64,000 nucleotides of DNA from Harriotta raleighana (Eukaryota): assembly GCA_050575255.1 (NCBI GenBank), contig JBNZDD010013732.1, positions 21,629,279-21,693,278 of the forward strand, written 5' to 3'. The stretch's first letter is position 1. Every line of letters begins with the position of its first letter. Made by a program: the position numbers and the translations under genes. Of this stretch, positions 41,660 to 52,484 are shown piece after piece. The notes under the pieces were generated by a model that did no database searches, was not told where the DNA came from, and saw only the letters and a list, made by a program, of their open reading frames with translations.

Positions 41660-41858
41660 TATTTGTATTGCGCCTTTCACATCGGGAGGCCGGGGAGTCG
41701 GGGATTTAAATTCGTGCTTGGGTTGAAATCAGGAAGGTGGAGCGCCTGAAAATTTGGGGTAGGATTGGTGACTGAAGGCGTGGTCGAAGAGGAGGATCCT
41801 GAGACATGCCTTGAAAGAGATGACGGAAGGCGAAGGAACTTTGGGATGGAGTTCCATG
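41660..41858 (-). mobile_element. L2 LINE 3' end fragment; similar short + strand L2 ends at about 1063-1257 and 4060-4222
   Basis: The reverse strand reads WNSIPKFLRL...SLSRHVS and ends GTGAAAGGCGCAATACAAAT, like the tail of the L2 at 39-40.6 kb. Confidence 0.6.
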
Positions 41859-43020
41859 GGTCATAATAATTGAGCATTCATTCAAATCATAAATAAATGA
41901 AAACACAATTTTAAGAATATGATTTCAAATCATTAGGGCCTGAATACTAATAGCAAAAAACAGACAGACCAAAATAAAATTTAGCTCGCTATATGTAGAT
42001 TAAAAAAAACATTGATAAGGTTCCATACAATGTCACTTCCTTTACATTGTACCTAACTTATTACTGTGCCAGTCAAATGGGGATCATATATTCAGTTCAC
42101 TTATATTATCCAAAAGCAACAAAAAAAGATAAAACGCTAAAACATTCAATTTATTAAAGTTTTTAATGTATAACGTAGATTGGCATTTAAGAACTACCTC
42201 TTACAATCAGAAGTTGGCTTCAGTTACAAATCCACATGTGTTGGTGTAGTATAAATGTGCAACATTTGTTGCCAGTGTCTTCTTTCCCTTAACTTCAACT
42301 CCACCCATTCAGCCTTGATCATGCAACACTAAACACAACAAATTACATTTGTATAGTGCCTTTCACGTCCGGAGGACGTTCCAAAGTGCTGGATATGTAA
42401 GATATAAGGTGACAATAATTGTGCATTCATTTATAACATTCTTTGCAATTTAGCACCTTGCCTTGGCCTCTTCATTCCACGGCAATTTTGGAATGAAGTG
42501 CAAAACTGACTGGTAGACGTCACTTTGAGTAGGTTGGTTTGTAATGCAACCGTCCACATCACCCCAATCGCAAGCAATGTTGAGTACCTTCCTACAGTAT
42601 CAAAGGGTCATTAGACACCAATTGCTCACAAATATCTGGTTTGAAATGGGGCAAAGGCTCAAGACTGTACATCTGAAGAACTTTGGGTTGATAGCTACCG
42701 CTCCACTTTTATTGAAATCCCTTGCACTGGTGGGCTCAAAAATTCCTCCTCTCTTGTTTACCTGTGGGAAGAAATTTCCACCTGGCTCTATTTATGTGGC
42801 ATTTTAGGTGATACAAAAATTGCCAAATTGTTGAATTCAGTCATGACTTGGAAATGGGTTTTTTGTAGTTTTGAAAAGAACTTGAACAAAACCAACTTCA
42901 AAATTAAGGCCAATTAAGGATCTGCCAAATTTTAACCTAAAATGCTACATAAATAGGTTATATTGAAAACCAGGTAGAAATTTTGCCTGCTGGTGAGGTT
43001 ATCAATGCCGAGTTTAAAGA

Positions 43021-43183
43021 AATAATAATAATCCTTACATTTGATAGCACCTTATCACATTATTGAGACATTTCAAAGAGATCACAAGATATACTGTAAA
43101 GTGAATTGACTGTATATTTGAGGATATGTGAAATGCAGCAACCAATTGCACACAGCAGTGGCCCACAAACAGTCGTGGATTGG
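43021..43183 (-). mobile_element. 5'-truncated SINE copy; further short tail fragments at about 4660-4760(-), 5470-5590(+), 29575-29640(-), 63140-63245(-), 63853-63990(-)
   Basis: AATAATAATAATCCTTACATTTGATAGC...ACCAATTGCACACAGCAGTGGCCCACAAACAG, reverse complement of the family 3' half. Confidence 0.8.
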
Positions 43184-43778
43184 ACCAAATGTTCAATAGA
43201 AAAGCAGAAATAAATAAGTTACCTGATAATTATGTTTTTAAAAGTTACATTGAAAGAAAAATGCGTCGATTCTGTTTTAGAAAGTTTTAGAATGTCATAA
43301 ATGGATTAATTGAAAGTGAAATATTGCTGAAGCAACTTTTGTCATCTATTGGTACAGGACATCAGTCTAAATGTGGAGCAAAGAGACAAGTCACTTCCAA
43401 AATATATCCACTGCGAAAACAAACGTAGCAATAGAATCAGAAGTGAATCCATCTCAATGCTGTGAGTGCATTCAATAAATTTGCAGTCAATAAAGCAAAA
43501 TAAGCAAAAGTGCAATTACAATTTAAAAGTGAATTCAACTAAATGCGAGGCTTTCTTTTACAGTACACAGTGTGAAGAAGAAATTCAGCATCTTTCGCCG
43601 GCCAACGTGTTGGTTTTGCAACTCATCAGCTGACAACCCGGAAAAGGAATTTTTAAAAGGAAAAAAAAAGATACAATTATATTGTGCACCTAACGTGTGA
43701 GATACTAACGTGAAACCTCTCAAGGCATTTCTCTAACTATGCAAATAAAGTCAGGTGTTTAAAATACTTCACACTTAC

Positions 43779-43820
43779 TTGAGTTCCATTAACAACGATC
43801 CCTAAATCGTTGCTCTCCAT
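43779..43820 (-). CDS. LRMDA: LRMDA (C10orf11) coding exon 1, MESNDLGIVVNGTQ
   Basis: The reverse strand reads ATG GAG AGC AAC GAT TTA GGG ATC GTT GTT AAT GGA ACT CAA|gtaagt. This resembles the human N-terminus (...VVRGTQ) as I recall it. It splices in frame to the exon at 33409-33509, and its position divergent from ZNF503 matches known synteny. Confidence 0.85.
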
Positions 43821-44039
43821 CACTGACGTGCTAATTATAAAAGGCTGATAAAATGTCGTTGTCTTATTTTGGGGGGGAGGGTGGGTGAGTGAGGGGTTGG
43901 GGGGGTTGTTTGATTTTCGCAGCTTAATAGAGGTGTTAATCGCAGTGTAAAAAAATATTTTTTGCACCAGGTCTGTGTTAAGAAATACCGTTATAACGGC
44001 AGTGCCCGATTCTGCAAGATGTAAATAGACGAGAGAGAC

Positions 44040-44171
44040 AAGGCTTCCGCACTCCCCGTCAGCTGATCGGGAGCGGAAGTCTAGAGCTGACTCGAAGAAA
44101 AGGAGGAGTCATAATAGGAATTAGGACTAGAAACTGCTCAATTGTGCAGAATGTAACCAGAGCAAATCTTA

Positions 44172-44202
<31 letters not shown>

Positions 44203-44745
44203 GGGGGGGGCAACAGATTTTATCAATTCATCTATTTTCTCACCAGCGTCTCTTATATAACTTTAAATCTCGTGGTGCTAAGGAAGTTACTTACTTCCTT
44301 GGTTTGTCAGAAAGCTGCACACACACTTACACACTCATTCACTCACACACACACTCATTCACTCATTCACTCACACATACATTCACTCACATACTCGCTC
44401 GTCTCTGGTGCTGCCTGTGTCTATCTGTGTGCGATTGGAGACATTCCCATCCTCTGTCAGAAAGGCAGGCCTGTTTTTAAATAAATAAATACATATATAT
44501 ATATACACACACACACATACATTACAATGTATATATATATATATATTTTATTTGACCGAAATCCAACCAACTGCGGCGTCTCTCGTATCTCTGGAGTAAC
44601 GAAGTGTTGCGTTCGCTGTAGACTGTACCATCAAATCATAGTCTTGACACCCCCCCCCCCTCCCCCCTCCCCACCTCCCCCTGGGGGAAAAAAGGCAAAC
44701 TTCCCCTTTCCCACCCCGTCGGTGAAGCGCATGCGGAAGTCTGGC
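44040..44745 (-). promoter_or_regulatory. Putative LRMDA promoter region
   Basis: ETS-type CGGAAG sites (44044-44049 reverse, 44074-44079 forward) and an NRF1-like GCGCATGCG overlapping CGGAAGT (44727-44740), 220-920 bp upstream of the LRMDA ATG. Confidence 0.45.
44173..44398. repeat. Compound microsatellites (GT)n(GA)n and (CACT)n/(CA)n
   Basis: Directly visible. Others: (TA)n(TG)n 45464-45510, (TG)n 55948-55966, (CA)n 51382-51398. Confidence 0.9.
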
Positions 44746-45465
44746 ACTGCAGAACACTGACCCAATCTCAGCTTCTACTAACTCCTAATGTAAGCCTCTA
44801 TTACACTGATCTTTAACATAAGTAAGTTAGATGCATGGAACTGTGTATGTACTTCTTTTCATCGGTCACAAAAAGTGGTAATTAAAATTTAGGAATGAAT
44901 ACGAAATGCCTTCTGTTCCGGGCTATGCGGAGACACACAGCCATCCAAGGGCAGGGATGTCTTTGTAACAGGAGGAATGTGTGTGTGTGTGCACCGTATT
45001 GCACTTCAGAATAGACTCGACATTTAATTTGTTGTTAGCCGACTAATCATATTTCAGGTATGAATTTTAGTATTTGTCCGCGCGCCTGAGAAATCGTATA
45101 TATCAGCATATACAGTGTATACTATAGATATATAGTAATATATATATTGTTTGCTTCTTGCTGAACACGGACTGGTCTGAGCGCAGTACAAGAAAGAGCT
45201 AAGTTGCGGGTATAAAGATAAAGAGTTGCGGTTTATACGAAACAATATGTTAATTTGCCAGAAATCGATCGGCTTCTCCCTGTGATAAGGTGATCGGTCT
45301 AATTGATTCCGTCGCACACTTTATGTTCCCAGGTTTGGGGAATTATCGCGTTGGTAATGCTTCAGCCGTTTTTTTTCCCCCAGTTTTGGAAATCACTGTA
45401 AAGCGCCTACCGGATCTCCAACACAGTAACTTTGCAAATAAATGTTAAATTTGTATGTGCCTATG

Positions 45466-45498
<33 letters not shown>

Positions 45499-48400
45499 AT
45501 GTGTGTGTGTATAAAGCTCTCCCAAGCCAGGGCATACTAAGTTGTTTGTCACTTGTTCCCGGCAATAATTATATTTGCATGCGGTGAATGATTCATAAAA
45601 TATGTCAGCGGAATAAAATATAGTCACGTACTTCAAACTTTCTATTTAAAAATCATGAATTATAGCCACGAAAAATGTGTTCCCATTTAGGGTAATACGA
45701 AGTATTTGCTGTCTTGTACTGAGACCCATCTGTCATCTAGACAATAAAGAAAGCCGCTGTTACTTTTTCCTGACGTTTGAAAATTTATGGCCGCCCTACA
45801 CTGCCCTAATAATTCAAGCATTGTGTCAATGTGTGACAGGCTTGCAGAAAAACAGCAACCCTGTTATCAATCAAACAGCCCTTTGCATATTTTTAGCTGT
45901 GCTCTGATCTTCAAGACACGTTTATGTATGAATTATATCATTATGAATCATTCTGCAGATTTACTGTAAGGCGGAACGTGATCTATCACGGCTCTCAAAT
46001 CAACAAAAGAGTTTTTACAGTTTTCGGCATTTTTTTTAAAAAAAACGTGCCTCTGCCACTTGTGGAACATAACTTCAATCGCGGAATAGACACCTTTGGT
46101 TAACGAACTCGATTTCCCCGCTCGTTCCCTTATCGCCGGGTAGCGAGAACGCACTTAAAACGTCAATTCAGACCCCGCAGTCTCAGTTTATAAAGACTGT
46201 ATTTCACCCGTTCCTGGGGGGTGGGAGAGAGTCCCCCAATCCCCGCCACGACAGAGAACAGGTCTGAAAGGTTCCTGTAAACTCCACATAACAATTTCTG
46301 GATCGCCACGCAACTAGCTGGTGGCTTGTTCCCCGTTGTTCTTCAGTTCAATAAGCATTATAAACTGGGGGAAGATGTATTGCTCTTCAGTTTCAAGACA
46401 CTTTGCCGGGATTTTCTCTCACACACTTACTCCCTCTTGTCTTTCTCGCTGTTTGCAGATTGGTTTCTTAGAATTGTTTCGATTTGTTTTTTTTCCCCCT
46501 GTGCAGTCAGAGCCCAAATCCACCTCATCCCTATTAAGAGCAGCTTTCTCAAACATCGAAGGCCTTTATTGTTAAAAGGTGGGCAATCATAACATTTTTA
46601 GCAATGCTGCATTTTTTTTTCCAGAATCAGACAGTGAATTCCTGTGTGTCTTTCCTGCAAGTCAGTCCGCGTTGCCTTGTTAAATCACGAGCGTCAGTAA
46701 TGGGATAAACGGTTTGGAAATTCACCGTAAATATGATTTCAATAGTTACCCTAAACCTTAACCCAATTACCCAACCAACAACCACCCTGATGGCATCCTG
46801 TAAACAGTGTTTAGGGTGAGCTGATAAGTGCAAATGGTTTGTGTGGATGTGTGTGTCTTGTTTCGTGAAATGTTGAAGATATTAACAGGTAAAAGACGCG
46901 CCTTAGTGATTATTCCGCACTGTATCCTGGTCAAAAGTTCTGATTCAGGAGTGGCCCGGCGGGGAAATAATGAATCCTAAATTGCCACTGTTTGTTCAGA
47001 GATATTTGTGCTTCTGTTATACAATATACTGCATGTGTTCACATCTTACCAGCAGTGCGATTGGAAAAGGTGTTCAGGATTCCGCCCGTCTAATAATATT
47101 TTAATATTCGACCAGCGACTTATTACTTTTTCTTAAAACAAATAACCCTTCTTTTGTTACAAAAAATGTATATATGTATACGGTTGTGCTTCCATTATTT
47201 CCGAAAACTTTCCTTCCCCTAAAACTTTTCTTCCGAAGGATGGATGGATACGATATACAAGCCATTGTCAGCTTGATTTCAGGTGTCAAGAGCAAGAAAG
47301 GAACTGTACAATACTTTTTCTCCTCTCTTACAATTGTCTGCACACTCTCAGAATTCACCAGACAAAAAAAATCACATTTCACACCAAAGACTTACCTTGC
47401 ACCAAATTAGAAGCGGGACAATTACATTTTTGTCCTCATTTATTTTCATGGTTTCTCTCTTCCCGTTTCTTTACATCTGACGACGGGCGCATGTTAGAGG
47501 GACAAAGGAGCAAGCGTGATCATCTATGGAGTTTGTGATCCTGCTATTTATATAAATATCATATATATAAATAAACAAACTTCTTCGAATTTCTCAAGAG
47601 ATAAAATAATTCACGGCTGAGCGAAAACCATTTATCTGTAAATGTAGCCTGGCACCAAGTGATCTAATCTGAAACCAGGTCAAATTTTACCTGGTTTATA
47701 TCCTTGTAATAAAAAGTATTAATTGTACGCCAAAGAATTTGGGGGCATATTTTCCCTTTATAATAACAACCACTATAATGTAATCTTGAGCAATACTTGT
47801 CAATTTAACCAATCCTAGACTAAATAAGACGGCTGCTGACTACTTCAGATCTGCCACATATGCAATAAAAATAGCGTTGACACATTTAACATTAAATGAC
47901 TCTCTCCTAACTCTTCTCTCCTCCTCATTCGGTGCAAAACGACCATGATATGATAGAGTTCGGTTTCTTGGGTGGGTGGGGGGGGGTTGTTTTTTTTGGT
48001 GGGGGAGGAAACGATTTTGCTCCAATCCTCATTCTGTTGAAATCCATCCCTGGATTTACAAGCTCTGACCTGACCTGTCAAGCGGATTATCATACAGAGA
48101 GATTAATAGGGTAGGCGGGTTGCAATAATAATCGTTTTGTTTGATGTGACAAGTCTGATAGGCGTTGATTTACTTACAAACTGATAGGCTTTTAATTGAG
48201 CGCCTACATCCAAGTTTTAGATGAAAGGAAAGCGGCGGCGTTTTGTGTCTGAAAAGCTGCCCAATTGCCCGGGAGTCAGAATACTTATTAGCCGGCTCCG
48301 TGAACGGTCAAATACTTTTACCTCTCTGTTTTTTGACTGTATAGCTGCCACTTTAGTTCAACAATAAATCTTTTCCCATTGTGTGCAAATAAAATCGCGT

Positions 48401-49494
48401 TGACGTGTTCTGCCAATAGTTAGTTGATAGGTGAGTTGAGTCGGAAGGCTGTTTAACTAATGCGCGTCTTTTTAAAAAAAATACATCAATTCAATTAAAT
48501 TGACTTACTTTATTTATCCCGGAGCAGTGATACAGACGCGCTTGTATGGATGTCACCCACGTAAATCGCGGTGGGGATTTTAACCATGGGACCAGGCGCA
48601 ACACTGATTTTTCGAGGGTGGGGAGAGAAACTTCAGCTCACAGAAGGTGTCTAACTGAGACAAGAAATCCGAGATACAAATTGAAAAGGGCGGGAATAAA
48701 TAGGTCACCTTGACTCCAAATGTACTATCTCCCCCCACCCACCACCCAAATTTGGTTTAGAAATGGACAATGCAAATGAATTCAAGATTCTCCCAGAATT
48801 GTCATTATTACTATGTTCTATTTAACTTCAACCGACACTGATAATGGTGAAACATATATATATATATAGAGAGAGATATCCATTGCGAAGTCGTGTAACA
48901 TTGCAGGGACGGTCGCTGTGAGTTAGTTTGGACCGTTCAATTCTACACGTTTTTTTTAGAAAAAACACACGCACTTTGAACTGGGGCATGCCCTGTGCAT
49001 AACACTGCCTTCCTCACAGATCCCTTGCTGTGCCCTTCCGCACTGAAGTGAGCACATTTCTCCCCCCCCCCTCTCTCTCTCTCCCACCCCCACCAAAAAA
49101 AAACCCTCTTCCCACAGTCGACTCCACCTAAAGCAATTAATCTTTTAGTATTTCTCACCGGGAGGCAGGACAAATACAACGAGAACAGATAGTCGTCTCT
49201 ATGGTATAGTAAGGAAAACAGCTGTTCCAAGCAGTTAATGCAAATGAACACAAATGAAGGTACAACGTTTCAATGTTTACTGCACTTCATCCATCAACCT
49301 GACGAGCCATTAAAAGAAAGCAGGGTTTTTGTGCAGATCGAATTTACTCCCACCACTTTGGGACCGTTCACTTCTCTCCCTGCACCATTACACACCTGGA
49401 AAAAATCTGTGTTTTCCTTTTTTGCCACAGCATTGAAGCAAAAATACTTCACAGGGATCATATGTACGCATAAGCGCGCGTTGTATTGCACTTG

Positions 49495-49879
49495 TATCAG
49501 CCTATACATTCATAGAAAACAATGTCCCCCACTTATTTCCCGGTCCATCACAGAAACACCCTTTTTTAATGCTTTTTTTTGTGATTGTAAAAAAAATAGA
49601 GGTGCAACGTTACCGCGCCGTGTAAGTTATCGCACACGCTCGACAGCTTTTGTTTTGTGTGTTAGTTTTTAATGTGTGAAGCGTTTTNCTATCAGCCTAT
49701 ACATTCATAGAAAACAATGTCCCCCACTTATTTCCAGGTCCATCACAGAAACACCCTTTTTTATGCTTTTTTTTGTGATTGTAAAAAAAAGAGGTGCAAC
49801 GTTACCGCGCCGTGTAAGTTATCGCACACGCTCGACAGCTTTTGTTTTGTGTGTTAGTTTTTAATGTGTGAAGCGTTTT
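49495..49879. other. About 190-bp tandem duplication around single N (49688); probable assembly overlap
   Basis: 49495-49687 is repeated at 49690-49879 with a few SNP/homopolymer differences. The same pattern occurs at N50103 (50049-50102 / 50104-50157) and N57395 (about 57259-57394 / 57405-57534). Confidence 0.85.
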
Positions 49880-51159
49880 CAAACAGACCCAAGAAGCCCA
49901 AATATTCTGGTTGTATTTGTAATGCCACCTTTAAAATAATGGTTTCGGAGGGTGGGTCGATCTCATTAGGTTAAAATCGAGCAATTTGTGTGTGTACATA
50001 CACATACATATATATATAATACACATACACATTTTTTAAATGGGCCTGATTTTTAGTTCGTTTTTTTAAAAAAATTGCATTAATTGTGGGGTTGATTGGT
50101 TTNATTTTTAGTTCGTTATTTTTTAAAAATTGCATTAATTGTGGGGTTGATTGGTTTAAGTTTAAAGTCAATTTGGCTAAAGTCCGGTCCGAATTTGAGA
50201 GTCCATCTCATAAATTACTGGCTTCCCCTCAGCACTTTCCGTGTTCTTCACTTGTCAAACGTGTTTTTATCTCCAAGTGACCTTTTGTTAATGTTGTAGA
50301 TTGTGTGGGCCACCATGTCGAGGCCGGAAACAAAAGCAAAGATTGATTAGCACATACATTTGCCAGTGAAAAGAAGAAAACATCAAACAGAAGTCAAAAT
50401 CTTTCAGCCGTTAATAGTTTCCCCCCTCCCCTCTCTCTACCCGCACCACCCTCCCTTCCACCTCCAATCCCATCCCCTCCCCAAAAAAAAGTTGTAACAA
50501 TATACATAAAAGAAAGTTCCCCCAGTTGCGAGGGAGCGTCGCGACTGTGGTCAGATTTATTATATATTATATATATATTTTTAAAAATCTGCTAACGTTT
50601 GCTTGTTTGGCAAAGTACATTAAATGTGCAAAATCAATCGGTGTGAAAAAAAATCCCCCCACGACCGTAGTTTAAGCGTCTATTATGAACCTTTTACAGA
50701 AGTGACTTTGATCGGGCCGATCATTTGTTCCAGCTGTCAAGTTTAACATGTCAGGACTTTCAACGTGTCAATCTTAATCTTTCTCAAACACCACTACGTG
50801 TGACCAATTGATTGATTGATCGGTGATAAGATCTCAATAATATGTCGTTTTGTTTGCGTTGGTGCGCTGTAAACCCATCCGAGATTTCCCCGCTTGTCTC
50901 CCTTCTCCCAAATAAAAAGAAGCCCCTTTCTATTTTCTTTCAAACCGGAGAAAATATATTCAACAGGAAAGTAAGCCATTAATGGCAAGAAGTGAAGGTG
51001 GTATAATTCGTTCAAGCGGACTGAAGTGCGGTCTAGTGCGTCCGCCTTTTGTTCGCATACAAATTGAGTTTACTCTGAGAACGATTTATTTCCCTATATT
51101 GAATGCCTCTTTTCAAAAGCCGTTCTTTTTCAAGTCACACCAGGCTTGTAATCAGCAAC

Positions 51160-51560
51160 AAAAGCTGACATAAATCAACGCAGATTGACAGGGCTGACAA
51201 ATAACTGATTGATTGCGGTTGGGGAAATTGACAGTCTGGGGAGGGGAAGGAGGGGAGTGTGGAGGGGGAGGAGGAGAGGGGGGGGGGGTGTTGAGTTGAA
51301 AGCATGTGACACCCAGATCCATCGCAAGGATTGGACCCTCATGTCATCACATGCTGAAAAGGCTCAGGTTTCGCCTCCCTTCACACACACACACACACAA
51401 TAACTAACACACACATAAGAGAGAGGAAAAGTTAACGTCACATCCCCTTGACCCTCCAATCACCTCGGGCTTCGGTGCTCATTGTGTGATTTGATTGGAA
51501 GGCGGCAAAGGCTTTAATCTTAAAGTAATTCGGTGTTTGAAGTGTTGACGGCCAGATTGC
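51160..51560 (+). promoter_or_regulatory. Putative ZNF503 proximal promoter
   Basis: TALE/PBX motif cluster 51166-51234, G-rich tract 51238-51289, CCAAT at 51456-51460 and ATTGG at 51494-51498, directly upstream of exon 1. The TSS cannot be determined from sequence. Confidence 0.6.
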
Positions 51561-51720
51561 GTGTTGTATGTTGTGTGTAGCTAAGCGGTCTGAAGCTGAC
51601 TGCCTCTATCTGATGAGCGCGGTGCGGGCTTTGGCCAGTGTCTCCGTGAGTGTGAGTGAAAACAACCGCAGCGTCCGCCCAATGCCACAGTCCCTCTCGG
51701 AGCGCTGGTTGAGTTAGGTC

Positions 51721-51966
51721 ATGATCAGATCCTCTCCCGTCTCTACTCACAGAATTACAGCGACTGAAATCGGCAACAACAACATCAGCAGCAGGGGAAA
51801 CGGTAGCAGCAAACCTTTTTACCACACCGTTCCTCCCTCAGACCCTTTAAGACAAGCTAATCGTCTTCCTATCAAGGTCCTGAAAATGCTTACTGCTCGC
51901 ACAGGACACATTCTGCACCCCGAGTATTTACAACCTTTACCATCTACACCCGTAAGTCCTATCGAG
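51721..51966 (+). CDS. ZNF503: ZNF503 (NET family zinc finger repressor, Nolz1/Nlz2) coding exon 1
   Basis: Translates MIRSSPVS...KPFYHTVPPSDPLRQANRLPIKVLKMLTARTGHILHPEYLQPLPSTPVSPIE. The LPIKVLKMLTARTGHILHPEYL variant matches ZNF503 rather than ZNF703 (LPIRVLKMLSAHTGHLL). Ends at the donor GAG|GTACGT, phase 0. Confidence 0.96.
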
Positions 51967-52484
51967 GTACGTGTGTTCACCATTTGATTTTTTTTAATAT
52001 ATGAAAATGTAAAACGAGGTGGTGGGGGGGGGGGAAGGGGAAGAGAAAAAAGTTTCGTTATTCTATATTGTGTAGGGCGGGGAATCATGAGATTTTAGCA
52101 CAAATTCAACATTTCTTTTTAAATTTAGAGTCTATATACATATATATATATCGAAACACACGATCGCTAGATCGGCGCATTCAATATGAACTTTAAAAAT
52201 AAGAAATAGATTGGGAAGAAACGTGAACGGGATGATTTACTTGGAATGAGTTGTGTGCCCCCCCCCCACCCAAAAAAAAAAACAACCCACCCTCTAGTTT
52301 CCAGTGTACGTGGCTGCTACATTGTTTGCTCGTCGTATATTACCAGGCTTGTTTATTAAAATAAACTACAGATCGCTTGGGAATTCGGAGTGTGAGTTAA
52401 TATATAAATATATATGTGTGTCTGTGTGTAAATAGACCGATTTTTTGGATAAAAATGCATGTCTTACGTTTTATTTGCCTATAG
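51967..52484 (+). other. ZNF503: ZNF503 single intron (518 nt, GT-AG, phase 0)
   Basis: GT at 51967 and AG at 52483-52484; splicing restores the conserved SPIE|LDAKKSP junction. Confidence 0.95.

Noticed and set aside
47390-47400. Perfect minus-strand donor AAG|GTAAGT, possible antisense lncRNA (ZNF503-AS-like) exon end
   Set aside because: About one such match is expected by chance per window, and there is no supporting exon or promoter evidence.
49238-49879. 144-aa ORF and its apparent tandem repeat (ISLYIHRKQCPPLISRSITETPFF twice)
   Set aside because: The duplication brackets a single N and the copies differ only by a few SNP/homopolymer changes, as expected for uncollapsed contig overlap or alleles. 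The ORF has no recognisable domain.
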